A stretch of 64,000 nucleotides of DNA from a virus (IMGVR_UViG_3300014204_000122:64001-128000); one strand, 5' to 3'; counted from the stretch's first letter, positions 1-10,495 are shown. Notes: generated by a model from the letters alone, not told the origin. A program made the numbers and translations.

Positions 1-108
1 CCTTCTAATATATCTTTTTTCATTTGATTATAACAGGAAGTAAAATCTGGAAATCTTAAAGTATAATCTATAACTATACCTACTTTATATCTGTTTTTGC
101 TTATTAAA

Positions 109-309
109 TTACTCATTGTTTACTGGTATTAAAAATTCTAAATCTTTTAAAAAATTATATGAAATAAAAAAGTGAGTGTTTGTGTTAAGATTTTCTAGAC
201 TATCTTCAAACATTACTATATTAACTGCTTTAATAATAATTTTTTTTAAATCTTCATTATTATTAAAAATTAAAAAATTTTCTAGTTTCTTTGCATCTAT
301 TTTTTGCAT
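109..309 (-). CDS. hypothetical protein
   Basis: 66-aa ORF abutting the upstream nuclease gene in the same minus-strand run. Confidence 0.55.
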   Translation of the reverse strand: MQKIDAKKLENFLIFNNNEDLKKIIIKAVNIVMFEDSLENLNTNTHFFISYNFLKDLEFLIPVNNE

Positions 310-1260
310 CTATTTTATTTTTTTTATTATATCTTCTTTGATTACTTTTTGTTTAGGACAATCAGTGCATATATCTTTTTTAAAAAAACAATAATCACAA
401 TATTTTTTTAATCCTTTTTCTATTTTTATTTTAGGTAATGTTTTTTCATCTTTAAAAGTATATATTTCTTTTGCAACTTGTTTTATATCTTCTAATACCC
501 ACTCTCTAAAATCTTCTGTTATATTAACTCTATATTCTTTAATTCCTATTGGTTGTCTTGTTAAAGCACAGTATTCAACATCTATTTTATCTATATCAAT
601 ATCGTATTTTTTTGATAAAAAATATTGATATAAAGCTGTTTGACCAAAAAAGATTTTTATTCTTAAATTTTCAAACTCTTCTTTGGATAACTCCTCTTTA
701 TTTTTTATTTTTTTATAAATAACATCAAAAGGAATTTTTCCTACTTTTTTTTCTAAATTCCACTCTCTTAGTGCACTTTTCCAATCTAAAACAATGTATT
801 TGTCTATTTTTTTATATTGTCCTATAAAATCTATAAACCCTTTAAAATAAATAACTTCTCCGTTAACCTCTACAAGGGGTTCATATATATTTTCTTCTAT
901 TCCCGCAATATCTATTCCTTTGAATCTATTATAAAAATCTAAAGAATTTACAACTCCAACAGCATCTTTAATTAAAGTTTTCCCAAAAAAAGATGTTGTA
1001 AATGCAGAATTTCCATTTTTTTTAACTTTTTGTGTTGCAATTTCTCTTATATTGTTTACTTTTAAGGGATCTTTTAAAATTTCCTCTATAGTTTCATGAA
1101 CAGAACTGCCAAAAACTAAAAATTCATTTGTTGGCTCTTTAATACCTAAATAATATTGTAAATACCATCTAAAAGGACATTGTTTATATATAGAATATTC
1201 CGAAAAAGAAATATGTTGTTTTTTCGGAATATCTATATTATTATTTATTTTTTCAGGCAT
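310..1260 (-). CDS. PD-(D/E)XK exonuclease (RecB/Cas4-like)
   Basis: SFS..Y.QCP, FGSSVHE, E..FKGFID, VLDWKS motifs; C-terminal C-x2-C-x5-C. Confidence 0.85.
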   Translation of the reverse strand: MPEKINNNIDIPKKQHISFSEYSIYKQCPFRWYLQYYLGIKEPTNEFLVFGSSVHETIEEILKDPLKVNNIREIATQKVKKNGNSAFTTSFFGKTLIKDAVGVVNSLDFYNRFKGIDIAGIEENIYEPLVEVNGEVIYFKGFIDFIGQYKKIDKYIVLDWKSALREWNLEKKVGKIPFDVIYKKIKNKEELSKEEFENLRIKIFFGQTALYQYFLSKKYDIDIDKIDVEYCALTRQPIGIKEYRVNITEDFREWVLEDIKQVAKEIYTFKDEKTLPKIKIEKGLKKYCDYCFFKKDICTDCPKQKVIKEDIIKKIK

Positions 1261-1278
1261 TTTTTATTATAAATAAAT

Positions 1279-1821
1279 TTAAAAATTACTCCCGTTATCT
1301 TCACAGAATTTTTTATAAGAAGCAACAAAATCAACATCAGCTGAACACCCAGGACCAAATATTCTAATTACACTACTAAATTCTCTAACAGTATGATCTA
1401 TTGTAAAAACTTTTCCTTTTTCACTATCAACAGCTAAGTGTTCTAATTCATGATAAACTAATCTAAATTTTTGATCATCTGAGGCGTCTTCCCATGTATC
1501 ATATGATATTTGAATAATTGCATCATAACCATGTAATACTTTTTGTAATTCACTCTCTGTTTTTGCCGTTCCTAAAACAACTTCACCATCTTTTTTAGGA
1601 GCTTTTTGTTTAAATACATATCCTATTTGATAAGGTGCTAAATCTTTTCTAAAGCGATCAATTAATTGCTCACCAATTTCAATAACTTCTTCTGCTAATA
1701 TAAATTTTTGATCATCAGATGGCCATGCGCCTAAAGGTGCAGATTTTAACTCAAATCCAAATTTTTCACAGGTTTTATTACCTGTATCTATTAACTCTAA
1801 TTTTAAATCGTCTTTTTCCAT
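1279..1821 (-). CDS. putative phage metallopeptidase
   Basis: LVYHELEH (HExxH) followed by DHTVREF, typical of this family. Confidence 0.7.
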   Translation of the reverse strand: MEKDDLKLELIDTGNKTCEKFGFELKSAPLGAWPSDDQKFILAEEVIEIGEQLIDRFRKDLAPYQIGYVFKQKAPKKDGEVVLGTAKTESELQKVLHGYDAIIQISYDTWEDASDDQKFRLVYHELEHLAVDSEKGKVFTIDHTVREFSSVIRIFGPGCSADVDFVASYKKFCEDNGSNF

Positions 1822-1834
1822 ATTTTGTTTGTTT

Positions 1835-2182
1835 TTAAAAATTAATTATTGTATTAAATAAACTTAATGTTAAATCGTTTTCTTCTGTTATTATAATGTT
1901 TTTATTAGCATCATCAACGTCTACAGAAAATTCTAATTGTTCTATATCCCATTCAGGAAAAATTAAAATTATTAAATTTGTAAAAGTGTCATAAGCTACG
2001 CATCTTAATTGATCCTTCTTTACTTTAGAAAAAACTCTATATTTTATTAAAAGTTCAGCATAGTCTTTAAATGTTTTACTAGAATTTTCTCTATTATACT
2101 GTTCTAAAAACATTATAATAGCCTTTCTTTGATTAATAGGTATACTATTTTCTTTAAAAAATAATTCTAAATTTAAGTTCAT
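1835..2182 (-). CDS. hypothetical protein
   Basis: 115-aa ORF in operon. Confidence 0.6.
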   Translation of the reverse strand: MNLNLELFFKENSIPINQRKAIIMFLEQYNRENSSKTFKDYAELLIKYRVFSKVKKDQLRCVAYDTFTNLIILIFPEWDIEQLEFSVDVDDANKNIIITEENDLTLSLFNTIINF

Positions 2183-2199
2183 TTTTATATTTATTAAGT

Positions 2200-3138
2200 T
2201 TATTTAATTAAAGAATTTAGCTCATCATGGCTAATATTGTCAGAAAAACCATTTGGTATTCCACTTGTTATTATCGAAAAAGCACCGTGGTTATGTAGAC
2301 TTTCTGAGTGTAAACAAACAACTCTAAAATCTAAAATTCTTTCATCTTTGATTAATTCTTGATAAAGTAATCGAGCTGCGTCTTCTACAAATTTTAAATA
2401 AGAACCATTTAATTCTGCAAAGGCTTGTTCATCTTCTCTTTTTACCATTACTTGGGTTTCTGTTTTTAAAGCCTCTAAACATATTTGCTGTAAATCTTCT
2501 ATCCAAATAAAATCTTCAAACTTGATAGATACTCTAGCTGTACTTCTTTGAGAGTGTGGTACAACTGCTTTATTTCTTGTTTTTTGCGCATGTCTACCTA
2601 ATTCATAAGAACAAGGGCAAGCACTGGAATAAATAAAATCAAAATGTAGAAATTTTTCAAAATTTCCTGTTTTATCAATTTTACCTTCTAAAGTTACATT
2701 ATAATACTGCCAACCACTAAGATTAGATCTTAAAGATTGCTGTCTAATTGGGTAACTAAAATTCATTAAAATATCAGCTTCAAAAGTGTCTAACTCTTGT
2801 TTATATTTTTTTAAAATTTCTCCTAACGTATCTAGTCCAAAAATATTATTTTCAAATTCATAAAAAGTGCGAACTATTCTACTCATATTAATTCCTTTTT
2901 TATCTGCTTCTAAGGATACAGAACCACAAACAGAAGTTTTTAAATTAATAGAACTTCCATCTTTAGTTTTAAAAGTTAATGGTAAAAGAAAATTATGAAT
3001 TCCTACTCTTTGTATTTTAACATTTTCTCCCTTGATATAGGAGTTGCCTGAATTTTGTAAATCAGGAAGAGTTGCAATGTATGCCTCATCTATTTTTAAA
3101 TTACTATCGTAATTAGTACTTAAATCTTTATCAATCAT
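2200..3138 (-). CDS. folE2: GTP cyclohydrolase I type B (FolE2)
   Basis: KGINMSR, SSACPCS, PHSQRS, VKREDE, FVEDAAR, ESLHNH motifs. Confidence 0.93.
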   Translation of the reverse strand: MIDKDLSTNYDSNLKIDEAYIATLPDLQNSGNSYIKGENVKIQRVGIHNFLLPLTFKTKDGSSINLKTSVCGSVSLEADKKGINMSRIVRTFYEFENNIFGLDTLGEILKKYKQELDTFEADILMNFSYPIRQQSLRSNLSGWQYYNVTLEGKIDKTGNFEKFLHFDFIYSSACPCSYELGRHAQKTRNKAVVPHSQRSTARVSIKFEDFIWIEDLQQICLEALKTETQVMVKREDEQAFAELNGSYLKFVEDAARLLYQELIKDERILDFRVVCLHSESLHNHGAFSIITSGIPNGFSDNISHDELNSLIK

Positions 3139-3218
3139 TATAAACGTTTTTGAAATTAACTATTTACTATAAAATAAGAAAAAAAAATCATTTTATTCAT
3201 ATTTAAAGAAAAAAAGAA

Positions 3219-3827
3219 ATGGATAGAGAAAAAGTATTAAATAGTATTAAAGAAAAGACTCCTATTAGAGTTTCTATTATTAAAGATAATATTACACATA
3301 TATTAAAAGTTATTCCTACTAAAATAAATAGTGATGATTTAATTATTGGTACTATTGAAAAAACAAACACTCCTATAGTTTTTGGATTAAGTAAAGTTTT
3401 AAAAGAGGCAACTACTGGAATTAAAGTCAGTCAGAAAAATTTAAATAAAATGGATGTTAATACTTTAGCTAAGGTATCTGAAAAAACTCAAATAGAAATT
3501 ACAGAAGCTGATGAAGAAGGAAGTTTTAATGTTTCAGTTAAAGAACCTGAAATAGAAAACGAAGCAAACGTTAAAGATATAGATATATCTAATAACATAA
3601 ATATGGCTAAAGAAAATTTAATAGCTTGGGCTACTCAAAAAAATATTGATTTAGATAAATTTAGTGATTTAAATAACAACAACGGTGAAATTGTATCTAA
3701 ACTTTTTGTAAAAAATCAACCTCACTTAGTTTTTATTCAACCTAATGGTAATATTAAAATAGGTGGACATAAAGTTGAAAGTTATGATACTTTTTCTGAT
3801 TTGATAGATTTTTTTTATAGTGTTTAA
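3219..3827 (+). CDS. hypothetical (probably virion/late) protein
   Basis: 202-aa ORF downstream of an ATATTTAAA motif; contains LKE/ITE sites. Confidence 0.6.
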   Translation: MDREKVLNSIKEKTPIRVSIIKDNITHILKVIPTKINSDDLIIGTIEKTNTPIVFGLSKVLKEATTGIKVSQKNLNKMDVNTLAKVSEKTQIEITEADEEGSFNVSVKEPEIENEANVKDIDISNNINMAKENLIAWATQKNIDLDKFSDLNNNNGEIVSKLFVKNQPHLVFIQPNGNIKIGGHKVESYDTFSDLIDFFYSV

Positions 3828-3832
3828 TAAAT

Positions 3833-4165
3833 ATGCGATATATTTACTTAATAAATAAAGAACATACTGACGATTACAAAATAGGAATTTCAAATAAGCC
3901 TGAAAAAAGATTAAAAACTTTACAAACTGGAAATTCTAAAAAGCTAATAATAATTGATAAGTTTTTATCTAGTTTTGCTACTAAAATAGAAACTCATCTT
4001 CATCATCAATTTTATAAAACTCAAAAAGTTGGAGAATGGTTTACTTTAAATGACAATGATGTTAAAGGTTTTAAAACTACTTGCGAGCAATTAGAAGAAT
4101 CTTTTAAGTTTCTTTTAAAAGAAAATTGTTTTTTTCAAAAAGATATTAACAAATTAAAATATTAA
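3833..4165 (+). CDS. GIY-YIG-like (T5orf172/Mug113) domain protein
   Basis: YIYLI..YKIGIS..PEKRLKTLQTGN..E..LH..GEWF. Confidence 0.85.
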   Translation: MRYIYLINKEHTDDYKIGISNKPEKRLKTLQTGNSKKLIIIDKFLSSFATKIETHLHHQFYKTQKVGEWFTLNDNDVKGFKTTCEQLEESFKFLLKENCFFQKDINKLKY

Positions 4166-4416
4166 TAATTTTCAAGTTCTTTTAATAATTCTTGTAATTT
4201 TGAAAAATTTGATTGTTCAAACATAATTATTTCAGAAACCAGGTCTTTTAATTTTACATTTTGAGACTCAAGTTTTATTTGTTGATACATATTTATAGAA
4301 TTAATTTTTTCAATCATTGAAAATCTTAAAAATTCTATTTCTTTACTATTACTAGGTTCATAATTACTATCTATGATTTTTTTTCCTATATATTCATTAA
4401 AATTAAACTCTTTCAT
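4162..4416 (-). CDS. hypothetical protein
   Basis: 84-aa ORF coupled to the methyltransferase gene. Confidence 0.55.
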   Translation of the reverse strand: MKEFNFNEYIGKKIIDSNYEPSNSKEIEFLRFSMIEKINSINMYQQIKLESQNVKLKDLVSEIIMFEQSNFSKLQELLKELENY

Positions 4417-4417
4417 T

Positions 4418-4981
4418 TTATTTTTTTATAATAACTGTAAATCCATTTCCCACTTTATCATCTTTGTCGTGATATTCTATAACATTATATCCTAAATAAT
4501 TACAAAGCTCAACCATATCTTCTGTAACCCATATAGTCCAATGTCTGTGATCATCAAAATCATCACTTGGATTTAAATCTCTTTCTATTAATTCATTTAA
4601 AGTTGTTCTTGGTTTATTTCTATCTATTGTTCTTTCTTTATGAGGGCATATTGTAAAAATATAACCACCTGGTTTAACAACCCTGATCCATTCTTTTAAT
4701 GTTTTTATCGGATTTTTAAAGTGTTCTATAACATGACTTGATAAAACATAGTCTAAAGAATCGTCTTCGAAAGGTAATTCATCTCCGTTTGCTACAATAT
4801 CTACATTTAAATATTCACCACAGTCTTTGATTTGTCTAGTTTGAAAAACAGTCATTTCTTTTGTATAATCTACATTTATACAATCTTTTATATTAAAAGG
4901 GTTGTGTGCTCCTCCTCCTATTTCTATTCCCTTAAGACCATCTAAATATTTATGTGCTAATTCTGATTCTTTTGCTTTCAT
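4418..4981 (-). CDS. class I SAM-dependent methyltransferase
   Basis: IEIGGG motif I, LPFEDDSLDYVLSSHVIEH, RVVKPGG. Confidence 0.88.
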   Translation of the reverse strand: MKAKESELAHKYLDGLKGIEIGGGAHNPFNIKDCINVDYTKEMTVFQTRQIKDCGEYLNVDIVANGDELPFEDDSLDYVLSSHVIEHFKNPIKTLKEWIRVVKPGGYIFTICPHKERTIDRNKPRTTLNELIERDLNPSDDFDDHRHWTIWVTEDMVELCNYLGYNVIEYHDKDDKVGNGFTVIIKK

Positions 4982-4984
4982 TTT

Positions 4985-7708
4985 TTATTTTAATAAATGT
5001 TTACTATCTGAAGAGTTACCTCCTCTATACCAATGATATAAATAAATACCTTTCATTAAAAATATTTTTTCATTAAAGTTTTGAAGTTTTCTACTAAAGT
5101 CATTATCTACTCCTAGCATGCCTTCTTCTAAAAAACCACCAACTTTTTTCCACGTACTTTTTTTAACCAATATTAATATTCCACTAAAAGGCTCTTTTGC
5201 CCCTACATTTGATTTATCTTCACATTGTGTTCCTAGTTCATCTTGTAATTTTCTCCCTAATTTTCTATGATAGGTCATATCATCATTATCCCAATTTGTT
5301 TCAGGGGTTAATTGCCACTTACATCCTATTCTATTTGTAACTGAAGTAAAAACACCCACGTTTGGATTCTCAATTATTATTTGCTGTATTATGTGACCAT
5401 AATCTGTTGTAGTGAAAATTGTATCTGCATCTACAAAACAAGCATAATCATTATCATTTGGTAAAACTTTCATAAAATCATTATAATATTTTCCAATATT
5501 CTTGTTTATATCATAAGGTATTGAGTAATATATATTTCCAATATCTCTATAATCTAATGATTTAAAATCTTCATCTTTGCCACTACAACCTATTGTATTC
5601 CAATTATAAAACTTTGCTTTATCGTTTGATAAAAGCCACATTTCTGCTTTATATCTATCTGTGTTGTTTACACCTGGTCTTATTATTTGTATATTATCTA
5701 TTACTTCTAATTTTTTTAAATAGTCACTACTGGTCCACCAAAAATTTCCTGAATAGTGATTGTTATACCAATCTTTACCTTTAATATAATTAGATCCAAC
5801 AGTATCATATTCGTTAAGAAGTTCAATATTTTTTTTCCATTTTTCAATATTAAAATATTCTAAATATCTTCTCCAATGAACTCTACTATAATTATGTAAA
5901 TTACCAAAAGATCCTTTTGTATGAAAATATAAACACTTAAACTCTTCTTTTAAAGAATGTTCTTTTAATTTTCTTAATATTGGTAATTCTGCAACCGTAT
6001 AATCTGTATTTTCATATATACATTCAAATTTAGAAGGTAATTGAGGTAAAAAAGATTTATCTCCTACTATACTATAATATATTTTATCTACATAGTTATA
6101 TAATCCTGTAACTTGTAATAAATGTAATTGGTCTTTAACTATACTTGTGCATAGGTTATCATACGCACCTATATGGTAATAAATATATGTTTTAGGTTTA
6201 GTTTTGTTTAATTTAACATAAGAGAGTATAAGACCTCCTTTTGTATTATTTTGGTGTACTAATGCATCTTTATTTTCTTTCCAATTTAATAAATGGTTTT
6301 TTATTTTTGTTATATTATTATATATTTCTTCGTTATTTATAGACATATATGATCTGAAATCAATTTTATTATCATAAGATTCTTTTAAGTATGTATAATG
6401 GTGCATATACATGTTTGATATGTGATAATTATTTTCTTTCATTTTTCTATTAGGATCAACTAAAACAGAAGAGTGAGTAGCCTCGAATTTTCTATTATTT
6501 ATTTTATAAATAGATGCGACAAAATAACTATCATCAAAATAATGATTTCTATCATAATAATAAGAACGAATAGGACAATATAAAGTATCTATATCATTAT
6601 AATACATGAATTTTATTTCGTTTTTTAATTCATCTGCGTTATATAACTCGTCAGTATCTAAAGGCATTATATAATGACAATTATTTTTTTTACAACACTC
6701 CAATCCTAAGTTTCTTTTTTCTAATACACTTTGTTGTTTACTATTTTCTTCTTTTTGATTATAATATACTATTTCATCTATTAGTTTCTCATCTATTAGT
6801 TTTTTAATAATAGATTTATTTATACTTGGCTCTTCTTTTCCACTAAAACCTATTTGTTGGTGAACAAGCACTATATAATCTACTACATTTTTTATACTTC
6901 TTATAGATTCTTCTATTAATTCTAAACCATAAAAAGTATTATATGCTGCTCCTACTTTAATTTTTATATTATCATCAATTATGTTAGAATTACAATAAAA
7001 ACTTTTAAGATTACTTGTTTCAAAGATAAAACTATATTTGCTTTTACCTCTTTTTGAATTTATATAGTTAATTTTTGAAGCTAATACTTCTTTATTATTG
7101 AAAAGATTTATAGATAAGTTTTCGTTAAAAACTCTTTTTAATACAGTAGTCTCTAAAATATCTATTTGTTTGAAATTATTAGAAACTAATCTATTTATTA
7201 AATCATAATCTGAAACACTCTTCCAATTTGAATATCCATTTAGTTGTAAAAAAGTAGATGTTTTTATACAAATTATATCATCAGTATTAATAAAATTTGA
7301 TAGTTTTGTTTTATCTGGATTGTTAAACTTTTTACAACCAACTCTTATAAAGTTATTATTTGATAAGCTTGATAGATTTGTTTTAAAAAAATCATTAATC
7401 ATTAAATCTTCTGCATTAAAAAAACATAACGTATCATATTGACTTTTTGAAACTAAAGAGTTTTTCATTAACCAAACTCCTATATTGTTTTCAGATAAAA
7501 ATATTTTTAAATTTTTATATTTATGCTTAATAGAATTTAATTTATTACAAGTATCCTTGCAAGTATCTACTCCTATTAAAATTTCATATTCGTAATTTAA
7601 TAAGGATTTTTGAAAATTAATAGAATTTAAACATTCCTCTATATAATTATGTGCTTTATTTGCATATATAATAATAGATAATCCTTGTTTTTTATTTAAA
7701 CAATCCAT
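4985..7708 (-). CDS. multi-module glycosyltransferase (about four GT-A/GT2-like domains)
   Basis: GT2-like N-terminus (SIII..YIEECLNSI, ILIGVD); LDTDE DxD; YFHTKG..HYSGNFWW module; FVDADT..GGF.E..VDNDF module. Confidence 0.8.
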   Translation of the reverse strand: MDCLNKKQGLSIIIYANKAHNYIEECLNSINFQKSLLNYEYEILIGVDTCKDTCNKLNSIKHKYKNLKIFLSENNIGVWLMKNSLVSKSQYDTLCFFNAEDLMINDFFKTNLSSLSNNNFIRVGCKKFNNPDKTKLSNFINTDDIICIKTSTFLQLNGYSNWKSVSDYDLINRLVSNNFKQIDILETTVLKRVFNENLSINLFNNKEVLASKINYINSKRGKSKYSFIFETSNLKSFYCNSNIIDDNIKIKVGAAYNTFYGLELIEESIRSIKNVVDYIVLVHQQIGFSGKEEPSINKSIIKKLIDEKLIDEIVYYNQKEENSKQQSVLEKRNLGLECCKKNNCHYIMPLDTDELYNADELKNEIKFMYYNDIDTLYCPIRSYYYDRNHYFDDSYFVASIYKINNRKFEATHSSVLVDPNRKMKENNYHISNMYMHHYTYLKESYDNKIDFRSYMSINNEEIYNNITKIKNHLLNWKENKDALVHQNNTKGGLILSYVKLNKTKPKTYIYYHIGAYDNLCTSIVKDQLHLLQVTGLYNYVDKIYYSIVGDKSFLPQLPSKFECIYENTDYTVAELPILRKLKEHSLKEEFKCLYFHTKGSFGNLHNYSRVHWRRYLEYFNIEKWKKNIELLNEYDTVGSNYIKGKDWYNNHYSGNFWWTSSDYLKKLEVIDNIQIIRPGVNNTDRYKAEMWLLSNDKAKFYNWNTIGCSGKDEDFKSLDYRDIGNIYYSIPYDINKNIGKYYNDFMKVLPNDNDYACFVDADTIFTTTDYGHIIQQIIIENPNVGVFTSVTNRIGCKWQLTPETNWDNDDMTYHRKLGRKLQDELGTQCEDKSNVGAKEPFSGILILVKKSTWKKVGGFLEEGMLGVDNDFSRKLQNFNEKIFLMKGIYLYHWYRGGNSSDSKHLLK

Positions 7709-7723
7709 GTTGTAAATAATTAT

Positions 7724-8050
7724 TTATTTATTAGAACCCCTTCTAACAAGTCCTAGATAAATTGATTTTTTTCTTTTTTTACTATCTATTTTAGGAAACC
7801 AATAATGAAAACCATCTCTTTCTATACTATAATGAAAAGTTCCGTGATGAATATCATCAGGTGTTTGTAAGGATTGAAAATCTTCAACTGCTTCTCCACC
7901 ATCATCAGAATTAATCTCTATTGGACTATTACTAAGCCCTATATTAATAGTAGTTGTTTCTTCTTTTAAAATAACTTTTTTGTGTGTTATTCTTTGAAGT
8001 TTTTCAATTAATAGTTCAATTTCTAATTGTTTTTCTTTGTTTGTTTTCAC
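7724..8050 (-). CDS. tagged putative internal head protein
   Basis: N-terminal MKTNKEKQLEIELLIEKLQRITHKKVILKE tag. Confidence 0.7.
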   Translation of the reverse strand: MKTNKEKQLEIELLIEKLQRITHKKVILKEETTTINIGLSNSPIEINSDDGGEAVEDFQSLQTPDDIHHGTFHYSIERDGFHYWFPKIDSKKRKKSIYLGLVRRGSNK

Positions 8051-8088
8051 TATAATTGGTTTATTCTTAAATATAGATTTTATAAATT

Positions 8089-9726
8089 TTATTGTAAATA
8101 TAAATCAAATATATCATCTTCTGTTAATCCGTCTCCTAAATTAACAATGTTTCTTTCAATAATAGTTTTCATACCATCTCTAAAATCCGCCTGTCTTCTT
8201 TCTATGTGAAATATATAAAACATCGCAATGGTCAAACTCATTATTAAGTCATCATGTTTGCCTTCCGCATGATCTCTTCTCCCTCTTTTACTCCAAATCC
8301 ATGTATATAATTCATTTATTATCATAGGACAAGGTATAATTAGTTTTTTTGTATTTAACATTTCTTCTAACTTGTCACCTCCTAATGTTCTAGTTTTTTC
8401 GGTTTGCCAAAATCCTATTTTACGCTTTTTATCTTTTTGTGATGGATCTTCTCTTTTTAACGTAGAATAAAACAAATTTGTATATTTATATGTATCTCTT
8501 AAAGATATTAATACAGATAATCCAAATTGGTGTTCTACTATTACCAATGCGTTTCCATATTCTCTAGCTACTGTATTTATTATTTCAGCAAATTTAGCTG
8601 TTTCAAATTGATCTTTATATGTAGCAACTATTTCAAAATTATTTAAATTTATAACTACAAAAGTTGAAAAGTCAGATCCGTCTCCTGTTGCAACGTCAGA
8701 TACAAGAATATATTTACAACCTTCTTCATATTTCTTCCATTGCTTATAATTCTTCCATGGTCCACTTGTTATTTCATTTAATTGTTTATATTCTTTTGCT
8801 AATATTTCTAAATCTCTAACTATTTCTGGATTTAAAACTTCTCCACCAGAACCGGCAAAACTACAATCTAACTCACATCTAGTTTTTTTAGCTCCAAGAA
8901 CTTTACTTTCTGCATCATACCAAGGGCTTCTTATTCTACCATCTCTAATAAAATTGTAATCTTCTCTACAAGTACATTTATATTTACGTCTATTTTTTAT
9001 ATTATTCATATCAGGCCATGTGTCACCCTTCATAAATTCTATATAACCACCTTCAGATTTAGCTTTATCTTCTATCCATCTGTATTGACCTAAATTATAA
9101 ATAGGGTGTTCTGTCCAATGTGCATTGATAATATTCCAGTTGTTTTCTTCCGCATTTGTATATTGCTCAAAGTACCACCCCTGGCTTCCTTTTGGTGTTG
9201 AAATTACTATACACTTTCCTTGTGATCTAGTTAAAGTTAAACCAGCGGCAGCCCATATATCCTCCATCCACGATATGGCAGCGCAGTTACTACTTACAAC
9301 TTCACTTGTATAATAAATACTATTTTTTTCAACATCGAGTAAATCAAATAACTCTACTTCACCTACCTTTTTTCTTTTAGAAATTACTCTATCACCCGTA
9401 ATAACTTCATCATTTTTTTTAAGTAAATAAGTGTATTTAAATTCTCCGTTTTTCATTAAAAACTTATGATATGGAGAACATTTTAATAAATTTCCATTAC
9501 TAAACTTAATATGATAACAATATGGTTTAACTATTTTTTTAACTGAAGAAAAATTACTCCAACCTGTAGGAGTTAATACTTCCCAATCAGATATTTTTTT
9601 AACCTCTTTAGAAGATTGCGCATCTACATTATCAATATCAATAGTATTAAAATCTAACAATTCGTCGTTAACTTCTATAGATATATTATTATCTTTTATA
9701 TGTTGTTGTAATTCATCGTAGTTCAT
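8089..9726 (-). CDS. terL: terminase large subunit, C-terminal part, preceded by a 147-aa C-intein
   Basis: Intein blocks (KCSPYHKF, ELFDLLDV, VVSSN/C) then ISTPKG, DVATGDGSDFS, HDDLIMS nuclease motifs of T4 gp17-like TerL. Confidence 0.9.
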   Translation of the reverse strand: MNYDELQQHIKDNNISIEVNDELLDFNTIDIDNVDAQSSKEVKKISDWEVLTPTGWSNFSSVKKIVKPYCYHIKFSNGNLLKCSPYHKFLMKNGEFKYTYLLKKNDEVITGDRVISKRKKVGEVELFDLLDVEKNSIYYTSEVVSSNCAAISWMEDIWAAAGLTLTRSQGKCIVISTPKGSQGWYFEQYTNAEENNWNIINAHWTEHPIYNLGQYRWIEDKAKSEGGYIEFMKGDTWPDMNNIKNRRKYKCTCREDYNFIRDGRIRSPWYDAESKVLGAKKTRCELDCSFAGSGGEVLNPEIVRDLEILAKEYKQLNEITSGPWKNYKQWKKYEEGCKYILVSDVATGDGSDFSTFVVINLNNFEIVATYKDQFETAKFAEIINTVAREYGNALVIVEHQFGLSVLISLRDTYKYTNLFYSTLKREDPSQKDKKRKIGFWQTEKTRTLGGDKLEEMLNTKKLIIPCPMIINELYTWIWSKRGRRDHAEGKHDDLIMSLTIAMFYIFHIERRQADFRDGMKTIIERNIVNLGDGLTEDDIFDLYLQ

Positions 9727-9867
9727 ATACTATATTATAGTTTTTTCTAAATATAATTTTTATTTAAATAAGATAGAATTTAAATTGTTTTCTACAGTAT
9801 TTTTTTTGTTTTTTAGATGATATCACTAAGATACATTATTTATATTTAAACAAGAAAAAAAATAATT

Positions 9868-10488
9868 TTATTTGTATTTTTCTAAATAAAAAAGATCTTT
9901 TAAGTCGATTGTTTTTGTTTGTTTTGTAATTTTATTTCTTACAACTACTTGATTATCAACTGATTCGTCGATACATAAGAGTGAAATTGTGTCTCCTCTA
10001 CATGCGTCAGGTTTATTTGCTTCGGCTAGTATTGTACTATCATTTTTTAATCCAAATGATTCTTTCGCATTATTATTTTCATCATAATCTGGGATAAGCC
10101 ACGGTGCTTTTTTTCTTGCCCCGTCTAAAAAATCTCTAACTCCTTTTAAAAACTTTTTAGATGTCTTTTTTTCTTGAGCTAATGCGTTAACTACTTTTTT
10201 TGATTTTGTAGCCATAAACCACGCTACATAGGCTTGAGCTACTGTAGTTAATCCTGTTTGACGAGTTTTCATAGTCATATTATAATCATATTCTTCAAAA
10301 TCTTTAATTGCAACATTTTGATAGGGATAAGGATCAAATAAAGTTTCAACTCCTGTATTTGGATCTGTAAGAGGAAAATAATTAGTTATAGTATACAAAG
10401 GGTCATTCATACACTTTATATATTCATTAGTTAAAACTGTTACTCTTTCTTTCTCTGGTAATGTGTTTAAATATTCTAAAGTTAACAT
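9868..10488 (-). CDS. terL: terminase large subunit, N-terminal part, ending in a 31-aa N-intein
   Basis: PYPYQ, Walker A KTRQTGLTT, RG, Walker B LLCIDE, then SVDNQVVVRNK..IDLKDL. Confidence 0.9.
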   Translation of the reverse strand: MLTLEYLNTLPEKERVTVLTNEYIKCMNDPLYTITNYFPLTDPNTGVETLFDPYPYQNVAIKDFEEYDYNMTMKTRQTGLTTVAQAYVAWFMATKSKKVVNALAQEKKTSKKFLKGVRDFLDGARKKAPWLIPDYDENNNAKESFGLKNDSTILAEANKPDACRGDTISLLCIDESVDNQVVVRNKITKQTKTIDLKDLFYLEKYK

Positions 10489-10495
10489 ATTTTAT

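Noticed and set aside
9727-9867. Sequencing error, intron or homing endonuclease splitting terL
   Set aside because: Several in-frame stops, only 141 bp of AT-rich sequence with no intron core or ORF, and both flanks carry complementary intein halves
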